Assembly (NCBI GenBank): GCA_002104905.1 | Contig: MCFE01000300.1 | Coordinates: 1-64,000, forward strand | Direction of reading: 5' to 3' | DNA: 64,000 bases | Origin: Basidiobolus meristosporus CBS 931.73 | Taxonomy: Eukaryota > Fungi > Basidiobolomycota | Shown here: one piece after another, positions 46,430-58,800 of the stretch | Layout: every line of letters begins with the position of its first letter | Numbering within the stretch: the stretch's first letter is position 1 | Program-made: the position numbers and the translations under genes | Notes under the pieces: generated by a model | Seen by the model: only the letters and a program-made list of their open reading frames with translations | Database searches by the model: none | Told to the model about the DNA's origin: nothing

Positions 46430-47150
46430 CTGGAATGCCTAAAATGACTAACCACAATGGCTTCAACTCAAAGTTCTGCCAATGGAAATTGACACTCTGC
46501 AGAAGAATCCCACCTTGAAAGAATGTCAGGAGAGAGGACTTTGCTTGAGCTATCAGAAGCATGGGAATATTGTAAAGCACCTCCCTCTGAGAAGTCATGG
46601 GAAACAGTAAACAAGACACTTCAACCACATTGAAGCCCTTAAGCATAACAACATGGATGACAAGCTTGAAGAAGACTTGGAACTCACTTTCATATGACAG
46701 AAGAATACTTAGTACAGATGACCTCAGGCCTATAGAAGCTTTTGTACTTCAATAGAGTAATCAATTGAGTACCTGCCAAGATCATGATTGCCTCTAGAGA
46801 ATCACATGAGTATGTGTAGGTCAAATTTGCCTTAGAAGCTGGAATCAACTCCAAACCCACCAAATCAGCTTCAGTCTTGACAGCTGATAGGGACTGCCAT
46901 GTTATCAACCACATGACTCAGCCTGTAAGAAAGAAGATCAACTACTACAATGATAATCTAAAGGCCTACATATTTGGAAACTGCAACTTGACTGGTACAT
47001 AGAAAATATTGACATTCTATTGTAATCCTTGAGTTTACTGAAGAACCCATGCTATTGAAATCCAAAAGGACTACATGACTTACAGGCTGCTACCTTCAAG
47101 AGCAGATATCACTTGGCCAATGCCAGTGTATATCAAACAAGAGAGCTTAG
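46430..47150 (+). mobile_element. Ty3/gypsy gag-protease remnant
   Basis: In-frame PMEIDTLQKNPTLKECQERGLCLSYQKHGNIVKHLP from 46479: a gypsy-type PMEID motif followed by a decayed CCHC knuckle. Confidence 0.6.
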
Positions 47151-47179
47151 CAAAACAAAGTTCTGTTGAGCACTTAGTA

Positions 47180-50100
47180 TGTTGTAATTCAAGAAGTGTT
47201 ATGGATATAAGGAACTTACCAAGAAATATTGATAATAGTTGAACTGTTGTTTATTCACAAAGAAGCTTAGTATTTATACCTTTGTGGAAGTAATACAACT
47301 GTAACACCTAGTAAGGAGGGTTTCTCAACATTCAGGAGCATTCTGCAATATTTTAGGGGTCAATACATAATAGACTTGTTCCATTGTGCCATTGATCATA
47401 GCACCAGAAAGTGCTGTATATTTTGTTATTAATTTGACATTTTAAGATCATATGCATGTCAATTTTGATCCCAAATTGGCACTATATGGCACCATCTGGC
47501 ACTCTGTTGCATGATCAGGCACAATCTGGCATGCTATGGCACTATTGGGCACTATAATCAGCTGGAATGATGGAACAAGTCTAATGTTTGGTAAAAGTGC
47601 TAATCTGATCTTGACTATAGGGGAATAATCCCAGGCTCATAGATCTGAAGAAAGTGGGAAAGTTAGAGCTGTAAATAAGTCTCACAGCAACCAAAAATAG
47701 TCCAGAATCATAAAGAAAACTCTTGGTTGCTTAGTAATTCCAAACAGGCCAATATTTCAACACTCCCACTCAACTAAATAGTTCCTTAATCCTATTTCCT
47801 CACTGAGATTCTTAAATTATGGCCTACCTATTGGTGTAAATATTTATGCCACCATTTTGCCAGTTTGGCAGCAAACAAACTCCAATTAGTTATTATCTAC
47901 AGATCCCCTCACAAGATGGTGTTGTATATTTATGTACTTTGTTCTGGCATGACTAGTAGTATTTGAAGCCAATGAAAAACAACCATGATTATCCTTGTAA
48001 GTATATGTTGGTTCATCTGAGCCAATGCCTAAATCTTGTAACAACTTTCATAATCATATAGCCTCCATAGTTGCTTGAAACGCAGCCATATACTCAGCTT
48101 CAGTTGTAGATAGGGCCACAGTTGATTGTTTTTTGCAACCCAAGTAATAGCTGCATCAGCATAGAGAAATAAACACCCTGTGGTAGAGTGTTTGTTAATC
48201 AGATCCCAACCCCAATCTGAATTGCTATAACCATCAAATTCTTGCCTCTTAGCAGCTCCAGAGTATTGCAGTACCATATTTATGGAGCCTTGTAGATATC
48301 TTAAAATCCACTTAACTGCTGTAATTTGATCTGATCCATAATTCTGCATAAATTAACTGACTATTCCAGCTGCAACTGCAATTTCTTGACATGTAGACAC
48401 CTTCAAGCTTATTGGGCTACAAACCATTGATTGAGAGGGAAACTTTTGGTCAGTATTTGAGCCATTTTCACCTAAAACTGAGTGAAATTTGCTCAATTTT
48501 AGATTATTGTCCATAGGGGTAGCTGCAGCTTTGCAAGTTTCCATTTGAAGCACCTAAGAGTGTCCCTGATGTACTTTGACTGATTTGGCACATTTTTCTG
48601 CGTAGGTATGTCATATTCCAATTCAATTCCAGAAGAGTACCTTGATTTTCCAAGATCCCTGATCTCAATCTTGCTGAAGATATCTGGTTTTGTTTGTTTA
48701 AGTACCTCATAGTCACATTTAGCTAGTATTAGGCTGTCTACATAAAGAACTAGGATGATTACACAGTTTTTGGGCTGTTTCACATATATACTGTGATTTC
48801 CAGTGCTACAAATGAACCCAATCTCCTCTAGATAATTGTCAATCTTGTTATACCATGCTCTAGGTGCCTGCTGAAACCCATACAATAATCTCCTGAGTCT
48901 ACACACTTTATGGGGGCCTTTGAACTGGTAAAACCTTCTGGTTGCTGTCTATATATAAATTGTTGCATATCTTCACTTAGAAAGGCTGTTTTGACATCCA
49001 TTTGGTGAAGATCTCAACAGTGAACAGCTGCCAGGGCTAGACTTGTCCCAATGGAGTTAAACTTGGCAACTGGAGCAAATGTTTCCTTAAAGTCTTTTCC
49101 TGGATCTGGGAATAGCCTTCAGCCACCAATCAAGCCTTGTACTTATCAACAGTACCATTTGAGGTTATGTTGATCTTGTAGACCAATCTACATTCTATTG
49201 GCTTTATCCCATTTGGTAAATCTACAAGCTCTCATGTTTTTGCCTTGAACAGTGATTGGTACTCCTCCTGCATGGCTTGTTGCCACATAGTAGCTTATGG
49301 ACTTTGCATTGCTTATTTCCGACTCTAAGGTCCCGCACATAAGGCAAGATAAGCTTCTTCATGATCATTCAATGTTGGCCACCAGGATCCAGGGGCATTT
49401 GTTTTTCTGATAGATCCCCTAACTAGGATAAGCCTCTAATATGGAACTGATAAAATTATTTTCTGTATCTGGCTGAATTAGGTACATATCTTCTTCATTA
49501 GTGCTGATTGTATCATCAGGCAGCTGGCCAACAATTTCAGTGGGTTTATGATCTGAGTGCTCCTAAAGTACAGCATCCCTGCTCTTGATCAGCTTATGAA
49601 TTTTGCAATCATACACTCTATATCCTTTAGTATCTTTGCATTACCCAAGAAAGATACCTTTTCTACTCTTTGGCTCCATCTTTGAGCACATTGTTTCAGA
49701 TTTGTGATAAAAGACATCACTGCTAACAATCCTGAGGTCCTGGAGGTCTGGTTTTTGCCTGTATATGCTTCAAAGAGTATGGAATCACAAAGTGCTACTG
49801 TTGGGCATCTATTCTTGATGTATACAAGGGAAGCAACAGATTCAGCCAAAAACTTGTAGTCCATTCCCTTATCATGTAGCATATATCTTCCTGTCTCTAA
49901 TATTGCTCTATTTGCACATTCTGCTACTTCATTTTGCTGTGGAGTATGTAAAATAGTGGTCTGTGAAGTATACTGGTAGATGAGCAGTGTTTTGCAAACT
50001 CCTTCAAGCAGTATTCACCCCCATTGTTCCTTTGAAGTACCTCCAATTTATACCCAGTATGTGTTTCCGCCATGTTCTTGAAGTGCTTAAACATCTTTGA

Positions 50101-52035
50101 GGCCTCATGCTTTGTTTTGAGGAGGTACATCTATTTATATCTTGTCTTGTCATCAATAAAAATTATAGAGTATCTCTTGGCTCCAAAGGACTGTTCTCAT
50201 GGGCTCACTTATGTATGAGTGTACAATAGCTAATATTTTGGTAGTGTTAATGCCTCCTGAGCCCCTTAAGCATTGTCTAGCTTGTTTGCCATATGAACAT
50301 CCTTTACAAACACTCAATTTCATCAGAATTGAGTCATTTAGGCATAAAACAAGTTCATTTTTCACCAATTGGCTTGTTTTCTACTCCCCAATGTGTCCTA
50401 GCCTCCTATGTTAACAGTGTTGGCATACTCAGGTACAATGACCTTGCATTGTAACTTATATATTTTGTGGTATCTGATTCCCAAAGCTACTTCTTGTCCG
50501 TTTTCACTCAATATTAAGCAATTCAGCGTAGTAAAAGCAAATTTCAGTTTCTGAGCAGTTGCTTTACTCTCTGAGAGTAGGTTCTTTGCTATTCCAAGTA
50601 TGTAGAGTGCGTCAGTCAGTTTTGCTGTTGTAGCCCCTGAGATAGCCCTCATATTTAGTTGTATAGACCTGCTGGTAGTAGCTACCAGTGCAGAGTTGTC
50701 TCCCAGATGAACCTTTTTTATTGGAATATTATCCAAGTTGCTGAACCATTCCTTCATACCAGATATATGCTGTGATGCTCCAGGGTCAATATACCGTTGA
50801 GTACTTTGGTTACTTGCACTCTCTTGTAGAGGTACTAATAGCTGTTCATCAGTAGTTATATGATTTGCCTACTCCAGATTCTGTATCTTGTCTGCCAGTT
50901 TCTTCTTGCATTCTATTGCCCAGTGGTCTGGCTTCTTACAGTAGTTACAGCAACCAGGTTTTCTTTGGTTTTGTTGCCTTCCCTTCATTTATGTGTGCCT
51001 TTCTAAGCTGAATGAAGCATTGTCTTCAATTTTCTCTGCTTAGTCTTTATGTCTGAGTTTTTCATGAAGAATTCTTCCTTTGACAAAGTCTAAAGTCAAA
51101 TTGTCTTCTCTGCTTTCAAAAGAATGTGTGAGTAGTTCATACTTGTCTGGTAGGCTGCAAAGCAGACACAGTATCTTTTCTTCATCATCTACACAAGAAT
51201 TATTACTGTAAAGCTCTTCTACAAGTGTGTTCATTCTGGGATTGAGTTGTAGCATGTCATCATCTGGCTTCTTTCACATGTTGAAGAACTTTTGTTTTAA
51301 ATAAAGCTTGCATGATACTTACTTTGCTCTAAAGATCTTCTCTGAGGATCCCCATGCTGCTTTGTCAGTATTTGAAGCATGGATTTGTCCAATGAAGAAA
51401 TCTTGCATAATAGTACATTGAGCATTGAAGGCCTTTCTCTTCTTCTCTGGAAACTTCTCCACTTCTTCTGCTATTCCTTTGGCTCAACTTCTTTTCCAGT
51501 TGCTATATTCCAAGGCTTTCTTTCCTCAAGGTGGATATACATCTTGATTCTCCAAAGCTTGTAGTTCTTCCCATCATACCTATCCTTTACAGGGAAGATG
51601 TATGTATTGTTCTGTTTGCTGGTAGAAGTCAACATCAGAATAGGCAGAAGTAATTGGGGCTTACAACCAGTTACAAATTCAGAAGTGATTTGGATATTAT
51701 GAGCATATCAAGGAATAGTGATAATAGTTGAATTGTTGTTTATTCATATTGAGGATGATTATCTATGCCTTTGTAGAGGTAATATAGCTGTAAAACTCAG
51801 TAAAGAGGGTTTCCTAACACTCAAGAACATTCTGTAACAGTTTCAGTATTAGTACATAATGTTTGGTAAAGCGTCAATATGATATTGACTCATGGGGAAT
51901 AATCAAAGGATCATGGATCAGAAGAAACTGGCTAAGTTGGGGCTGCTATTAGTCATACAGTGATCAAGACTAGTCTAGAGTTGCCAAGTAAATTTCTAAC
52001 TGCTGAATGATACCAAATAGTCTAATATTACAACC
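47180..52035 (-). mobile_element. Ty1/copia family B copy 1 (near full length, decayed); 3' LTR 47180-47762, 5' LTR ~51669-52035
   Basis: gag (LLCSLPDKYELL, LTLDFVKGRILHE), CCHC knuckle, protease, CKGCSYGKQAR, integrase (QRNNGGEY), RT (LRRLLYGFQQAPRAWY, LVLYVDSL), RNase H (FDGYSNSDWG), PPT GAGTGGGAG + TGTTG. The LTR sequence differs from family A. Confidence 0.9.
47372..47582. mobile_element. 211-bp MITE (non-autonomous DNA transposon) inserted in the 3' LTR of B1
   Basis: 13-bp perfect TIR AGACTTGTTCCAT / ATGGAACAAGTCT and 3-bp TSD AAT (47369-47371 and 47583-47585). The empty site CATAATGTTTGG is seen in the 5' LTR. It contains an internal ~10-bp GGCAC-containing tandem array. Confidence 0.85.
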
Positions 52036-53800
52036 AAGATAATATGGTCATTGGATGTCTGCCACCATGATTGAGGGGCACTTCTTATTTGGGTAGGTTC
52101 CCTAGCAAAAAAGATCTGTTCTGATCTCAAACTGGCAAGGCTTTTATGTTACTGGCTAGATTAGGTATGCTTCTTCTGTATTAGTGGTCAATGCATCAGC
52201 AGGTAGCTGGCCAATGATTACAGCAGCTCTCCATTCTGAATTCTACCCAAGTACAACAACCTTACTCTTGATCAGCTTCTGAATTTCAACATGATAAACT
52301 GTATACCCTTTAGAATAAGTCTGAGTGTTCAATAGCCAATATTTTGGTGGTCTTCATGCCTCCTGAGCTCCTGAAACATTGCTTAGCTTGTTTGCCATAT
52401 GAACATCCCTTACAGACACTCAATATGGTTGGAGTTGAGTTACAAAGGCTCAAACAAGCTGATTTTTCACTAATTGGCTCATTTTCTGTTCTGCAATGTG
52501 TTCTAGCCTCCTATGCTTGGGCTCCTAGTTAGCTTCATCAGTTTCAGCAATATTGACATACGCAGGTGCAGTGGTCTTGCATTGTAAGTGTATATATACT
52601 GATCTCTGATTTCCAAAACAAATTTTTGTCCAATTTCACTTAATATTGAGCAGCTCAGCTGTGTAAAATAATTTTCAGTCTCTGAATGGTCGCTTTGGCA
52701 GTGGAGAGTGCATTCTTAGCTGTTCCAGGCATCTAGATTACATTAGTCAGTTTTGCTATTGTTGCCCCTGATTATCAATCATATTTAGCTGTATAGGCCC
52801 ACTTGTAATAGCTTCCAGGGCAGAGTTGTCTCCAAAATAAACTTTTCTAACATGAATAGTCTTGATACTGCTTGATTACTCATTTATACCACAAATATAC
52901 TCTGGAGCTCACAAGTCAATACACCACTCATTACTTTGGTTACTTGCACTCTTGTATACAATTACAAAAAATGCTCATTGGTAGCTATACAGCTTGTCTG
53001 CACTAGTTTGTGTTTTATGTCTGATGGTTTCTTCTTGCATTCTCTTGCCCAGTGTCCTGGCTTTTTACAACAGTTACAGCACACAGGTTTTCTTTGGTTT
53101 TGTTGCTTTCCCTTCTTTTCTGTGCTCCTTTTGGAGCTGAATAAAGCATTATCTTTGGTTTTCTCTGCTTGGTTATTACATATGAATATTTTTGGGAGAT
53201 GTCTGCTTTTGGCATAATCTAAGGTCAGATTGACTTCTCTGCTTTCCAAGAAAAGCATCAGAAGATTATACTTGTCTGGTAAGCTGCAAAGCAGACAGAG
53301 TATCTTTTCATCATCATCTACAACAGCATTAATACTCTAAAGCTCTTCTGCAAGTGTCTCCATTTTGGTAATCAGTTGCAGCAGGTCATCCTCTGGCTTC
53401 CTCCTCATGTTGAAGAACTTTGCTCTCAATATCTTTTCTACAGATTCCTATGCTGCTTTGGTATATCAGAAGCATGAATTTGGCCAATGACAAAGTTTTG
53501 CACCTTGATACATATGGCATTAAAGGTTTTCACTGCTTCTCCTGATACTTTTCAACTTCTTCTGCTGTTTATTTGTGTTCAACCACCATAACTGTTATTA
53601 TAATCCAGAGCTTTCCTGCCTCAAGGTGGATCTGTGTCTTGAATCCCCATAGACTGTAGCTCTTTTTATCAAGCCTGCCTTTTAAAGGGAAGATTTTCTA
53701 TTGTTATTTTTGCTGATAGATGTCATCTTTAGATTAGATTAAGGCAATTGGGTCTCATAACCTGATGCATCTTAAGAAGTGATTTGGACATAAAAAGCTT
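52036..53800 (-). mobile_element. Ty1/copia family B copy 2, internally deleted and truncated
   Basis: PBS GGTTATGAGACCC (~53750-53762), gag with CCNCCKKPGHWARECKKK, protease and a pre-integrase fragment. The integrase core is missing. Confidence 0.82.
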
Positions 53801-53994
53801 ATCTTCCTTATGAATAAACAAACAGTTCAGCTATGATCATGATTTCTTGATAAGCTTGTTATATCCAAAACCTTTTTAATTTGCAACCACATATGATAAG
53901 TGACAACAAGCAATATGCAAAACTAGCAAAATGTAAATTCTTCAAGTGACATGCTTAGTATTTGGAACACATAGTGACTAGCACAGAAGCGCCC

Positions 53995-54420
53995 TTGGAC
54001 CTCAAGAAGGTTGAAATCACTAAACTTCTGATGCAGTCCCACAGCTTATAAAAGCTTTGAACATTCCTTGGAATGATCTCTTATTATATGCATATGTTGC
54101 AGCCCCTTTTGTTGATATTCTCAAGAAAGAGAACACCCTGGAGTGGGGCACAGCATGTGAGACTACTGTTCATATGCTCAAGTGTGAGCTTACTAAGCTG
54201 CCATGCATATAAGAATATCTGACTTTACTCATTTTGCAGAGTAGAGCTGGTCTATACATCAATAGCATCAGAGGTGCACCATATAGTCTCTGAAGCTCAG
54301 CAAAGTGTCCAAAAGAAAATGCTCATATATTCAGCTACTGCAGGTTGGGAGGGAGTGAATAAGTCCAATATACCAGAGCCTTCATCTCAGACAACTACAA
54401 AAATTGTTCAAGCTGCTTTG
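53995..54420 (+). mobile_element. Ty3/gypsy RT thumb to RNase H remnant
   Basis: Translates to DLKKVEI...TFLGMISYY...ILKKENTLEWGTACE, typical of the gypsy RT-RNase H connection. Confidence 0.6.
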
Positions 54421-54962
54421 GGTCATGATGAAGACTGGGCTAGCTTATAAGTTATAGTAGGACATCTAGTATGTCCTAATCCCATAGGGAGCTCAAGGAG
54501 AAGCAGGAGGCATGTATATTGTCTACTGAGGAAAATCCATGAATTGAGTAAGAAAACTGGATATGAGTCAGCTTTGTATGCTAAGAAGAAATCTCAAGTC
54601 AAGTCAACACAATCAAAGGCAGAAATACAAGGCAGCTGCACCTGACACCTCTCTACTTCCTCAAGATCCTACAATAAGTGGGACTAACAGCTCCAAGCAA
54701 AGGGTAAATAACTAACATGCAGCTGGAGCAGTGCCACCATGGGAAAAGCAGCCAGAAATAGATGTACCAGTAAAATATCTATCAGGCGTAAACTGATGAA
54801 TACTTCCAAGGGCACTTGATCAATGTATCAGTGAACGGTTAGGCAGTGGTAAAGGTGAAGCTAATGGGAGTCATTCAAAGCCTACCTATGCAAGGCAATA
54901 GAAGGTCAACAGAAATGCTGCAGTTCTTGTCAATTGATATTATCAATACAGCGCAGTTGGAA

Positions 54963-57900
54963 TGTTAAGTTATTGGAATATTTGGTATCATTCAGCAGGT
55001 AAAAATTTACTTAGAAGTTCTAGACTAGTCCTGGTCACTGTAGAACATATTTGCAGCCCCACCTTTGCCATTTCCTCACATCTATAATCCAATGATTATT
55101 CCCTTATAGTGATTATCAAATATACACTTTTGTCAAACATTATGTACCAACCCTGATACTGTTACAGAATGCTCCAGATTGTTAAGAAAGCCTCCTTACA
55201 TAGTGTTACAGCTACATTACCTCTACAAAGGCATAGATACTAATCCTCTTTATGAATAAACAACATTTCAACTATTATCACTATTTCTTGATATGTTCAT
55301 TATATCCAAATCACTTCTTAAATTGCAACTGGTTGTAAGCCCCAATTACCTCTGCCTATTCTAATGTTGACTTCGTCCAGCAAACAGAACAATACAAGCA
55401 TCTTCCCTGTAAAGGATAGGTATGATGGGAAGAACTACAAGCTTTGGAGAATCAAGATGTATATCCACCTTGAGGAAAGAAAGCTTTGGAATATAGAAAC
55501 TGGAAAAGAAGTTGAGCCCAAAGGAATAGCAGAAGAAGTGGAGAGGTTTCCAGAGAAGAAGAGAAAGGCCTTCAATGCTCAATGTACTATTATGCAAGAT
55601 TTCTTCATTGGACAAGTCCATGCTTCAAATACTGACAAAGCAGCATGGGGATCTTCAGAGAAGATCTTTAGAGCAAAGTTAGTATCATGCAAGCTTTATT
55701 TAAAACAAAAGTTCTTCAACATGTGAAAGAAGCCAGATGATGACATGCTACAACTCAATCCCAGAATGGAGACACTTGTAAAAGAGCTTTAGAGTATTGA
55801 TGCTGGTATAGATGATGAAGAAAAGATATTCTGTCTGCTTCACAGCCTACCAGACAAGTATGAACTACTCACACATTCTTTTGAAAGCAGAGAAAACAAT
55901 TTGACTTTAGACTTTGTCAAAGGAAGAATTCTTCATGAAAAACTCAGACGTAAAGACTAAACAGAGAAAATTGAAGACAATGCTTTATTCAGCTTAAAAA
56001 GGCGCACATAAATGAAGGGAAGGCAACAAAACCAAAGAAAACCTGGTTGCTGTAACTACTGTAAGAAGCCAGGATACTGGGCAAGAGAATACAAGAAGAA
56101 ACTAGCAAACAAAAAACAGAAACTGCAGCAGGCAAACAATACAACTACTGACAAACAGCTATTTGTAGCAGTACAAGAGAGTGTAAGTAACTAAATCAAT
56201 GAATGCTCTATTGAATCTGGAGCATCACAGCATATTTGTGGTACAAAGGAGTAATTCAGCAACTTGAAGACTATTGCCATAAGAAAGGCTAATCTGGGAG
56301 ACAACCCTGCACTGCAAGCTACCACCAGTGGGTCTATACAACAAAGTATAAGTGATTTCTTGGGGACCACAGCAGCAAACTGATTGACATACTCTACATC
56401 CCTGGAATAGCAAAGAACCTAATCTCAGTCAGTAAAGCAACTGCTCAGGGACTGAGATTTGTTTTTACTAAGTGAACTGCACAATATTGAGTGAAAATGG
56501 TCGAAAATTAGCTTGGGAATTAGAAATCACAATATATATTAGTTACAATGCAAGATCATTGTACCTGAGAATGCCAACAATGCAAAACTGATGATACTAA
56601 CTGGGAGATATGGAATAGTAAGATTGGTGGCTAATGGCTACTCCTGGATCCAGGGAATAGACTTTGAGGAAACATTTGCTCTGGCTGCCATTTTAGCTCC
56701 ATTAGGGCAGTTCTAGCCCTGGCAGCAGTACACAGTCTAGATCTACACCAAATGGATGTCAAAACAGCCTTTCTAAATGTGATTTGCAGGAAAATTAGGC
56801 TTTTTCTTGGAATTGTAGTCAAATTTGACATACCTGCGCAGAAAATGTGCTGAATCAGTCTCAGTACATTAGGAACATTCCTAGATGCTTCAAGATGGAA
56901 AATTGCTAGCCTGCAGCTACCCCTATGGGCAATAATCTAAAATTGATGAAGTCACAAACAGTTCTAGATGAAAATGGCTTAGATATACATCAAAACTTTA
57001 CCTATATATCAATGGCTATAGCCTGATGTGCTTGTTGGTGTCCACATGTCCTGATATTGCAGTGGTAGCTGGAATAGACAGTCAGTTCATGCAGAATCAT
57101 GGATCAGACTATATTAGAGTAGTTAAGCAGATTTTTAGATATCTACAAGGTACCATAATTATGGTACTGGAATACCCTGGAGCAGCTAATAGGCAGAAAT
57201 TTGCTGGTTATAGTAATTCAGGTTTGGGTAGGGATCTGATGAGAAATGCTCAGCCACTAGGCTGTTATTTCTTTATGCTGGTGCAGCTATTACTGTAATT
57301 GTAAGAAAAACTAACTGTGGACCTATCTACAACTGAAGCTGAATATATAGCTGCTTGCCAGGCAACAAGGAGGCTATATGACTACAGATATTAATCAGAG
57401 ACCTAGGCATTAATTCAGATGATTCAACATGTATTTACAAAGATAATCAAAGTAGTATTTCATTAGCTAGGGATCCTACTAATCATGTCAGAACTAAGCA
57501 CATAGTTCTACAACATCACTTTTTGAGGGGAGATGTAGAAAAAAACTTTGCAGAGATAATTTACTGTCCCCCTGACAAAATGCTGGCAGATATACTGATA
57601 AAACTACAGGCTCAAACAAGATTTGAGAATCTTAGAGAGGAATTTGGATTAAGAAATTATTTAGCTGAGAGGCAATGTTGAAATATTGGACTATTGGGTA
57701 TCACTAAGCAGCTAAAAATTTACTTAACAATTCTATACCAATGTTGGTCACTATAGGACTTATTTGCAGCCCCAACTTTGCCAGTTTCTTCACATCTATG
57801 ATCCTCTGATAATTCCTCTATAATGTAGATCAAATTTACACTTTACCACACATTATGTACTAACCCTGAAACTATTGCAGAATGCTACTGAATGCTAAGA

Positions 57901-58800
57901 AACCCTCCTTACTTAGTGTTGCCAGCGGTGTTGTGGTGTAGAGGTACTCCTGGGAGAAGCTACACAACTCAAGGTGTGTGAGGTGTCTGATGGGTGCAAT
58001 AACCTCTGTGTCTAAACTGCTGGTGTCTTTGTCAATATGTCACTATGGTAAAAGCTCCTGCTTCTCTAGCTTCCTAGGTGCTCCAAGTGTCTCCAAAGGC
58101 CTCTGTGTGTCTTGTGCACTACCCTGAAAAGCTCCTTGATGGCAGGTCTGAGATGTACTGTTGAAGGCAGGTGCAGTGATCAACTGCTAATCAATAAGGT
58201 AGAAGAGTTACTGATAGAAGGGATGATTTATTGATGAGGGATTGCTTTCCCTTAAATACTTTTCCTGATTGCCGAGTGATTACTAATGACAAGGTTCTAG
58301 AAGATTCTAGGTATCAGTGGAATTCTTGATGACATCACTATGAGCTAAAAATATGCCAAGAATGTCCTGGAAGGTTCTAAAAGGCACAGCACTCTCAACC
58401 AATCAGGAATCAGTAGTCTGAAACCTGTGCAACATAGAAATACCATATATGGTATTGAAATGGTAGGAATGGTAACACAGACCTAGGTCATGTGTCACGG
58501 GTACTGACGCGGGTACTTGCCTTATATAGGTACATCTACTGATCACAAGGCTGAATAACATCTGGGATAACTAATGCTAATAACTAATCAGGGTAAACAT
58601 CATATGGGGATAATACTGATAATATGGGCAAAAGAAGAATGGGATAATACTGATAAGATAAAATATGGATAAGTATATCATAATGACTATATGAATAAAC
58701 TTGTCTGTGGGAGGTATGTTTACCCCACCACAGCGGTATTACTATTACAAAGGTATATATACTGATCCTCATCATGAGACAATTCATATACTGCAGTTGT
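54963..58800 (+). mobile_element. Ty1/copia family B copy 3, internally deleted (no integrase); 5' LTR ~54963-55330, 3' LTR from 57676, interrupted by another LTR
   Basis: PBS GGTTGTAAGCCCC; gag 55364- (RYDGKNYKLWRIKM); knuckle CCNYCKKPGYWARE; RT fragment LVANGYS..QGIDFEETFA; RNase H. The 3' LTR resumes after 58736. Confidence 0.87.
57929..58732. mobile_element. 804-bp TG...CA insertion (probable solo LTR of an unrelated family) inside the 3' LTR of B3
   Basis: TGTTGTGGTG...CCCCACCACA flanked by GCGG direct repeats (57925-57928 and 58733-58736). The host LTR sequence continues on both sides. Confidence 0.75.
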
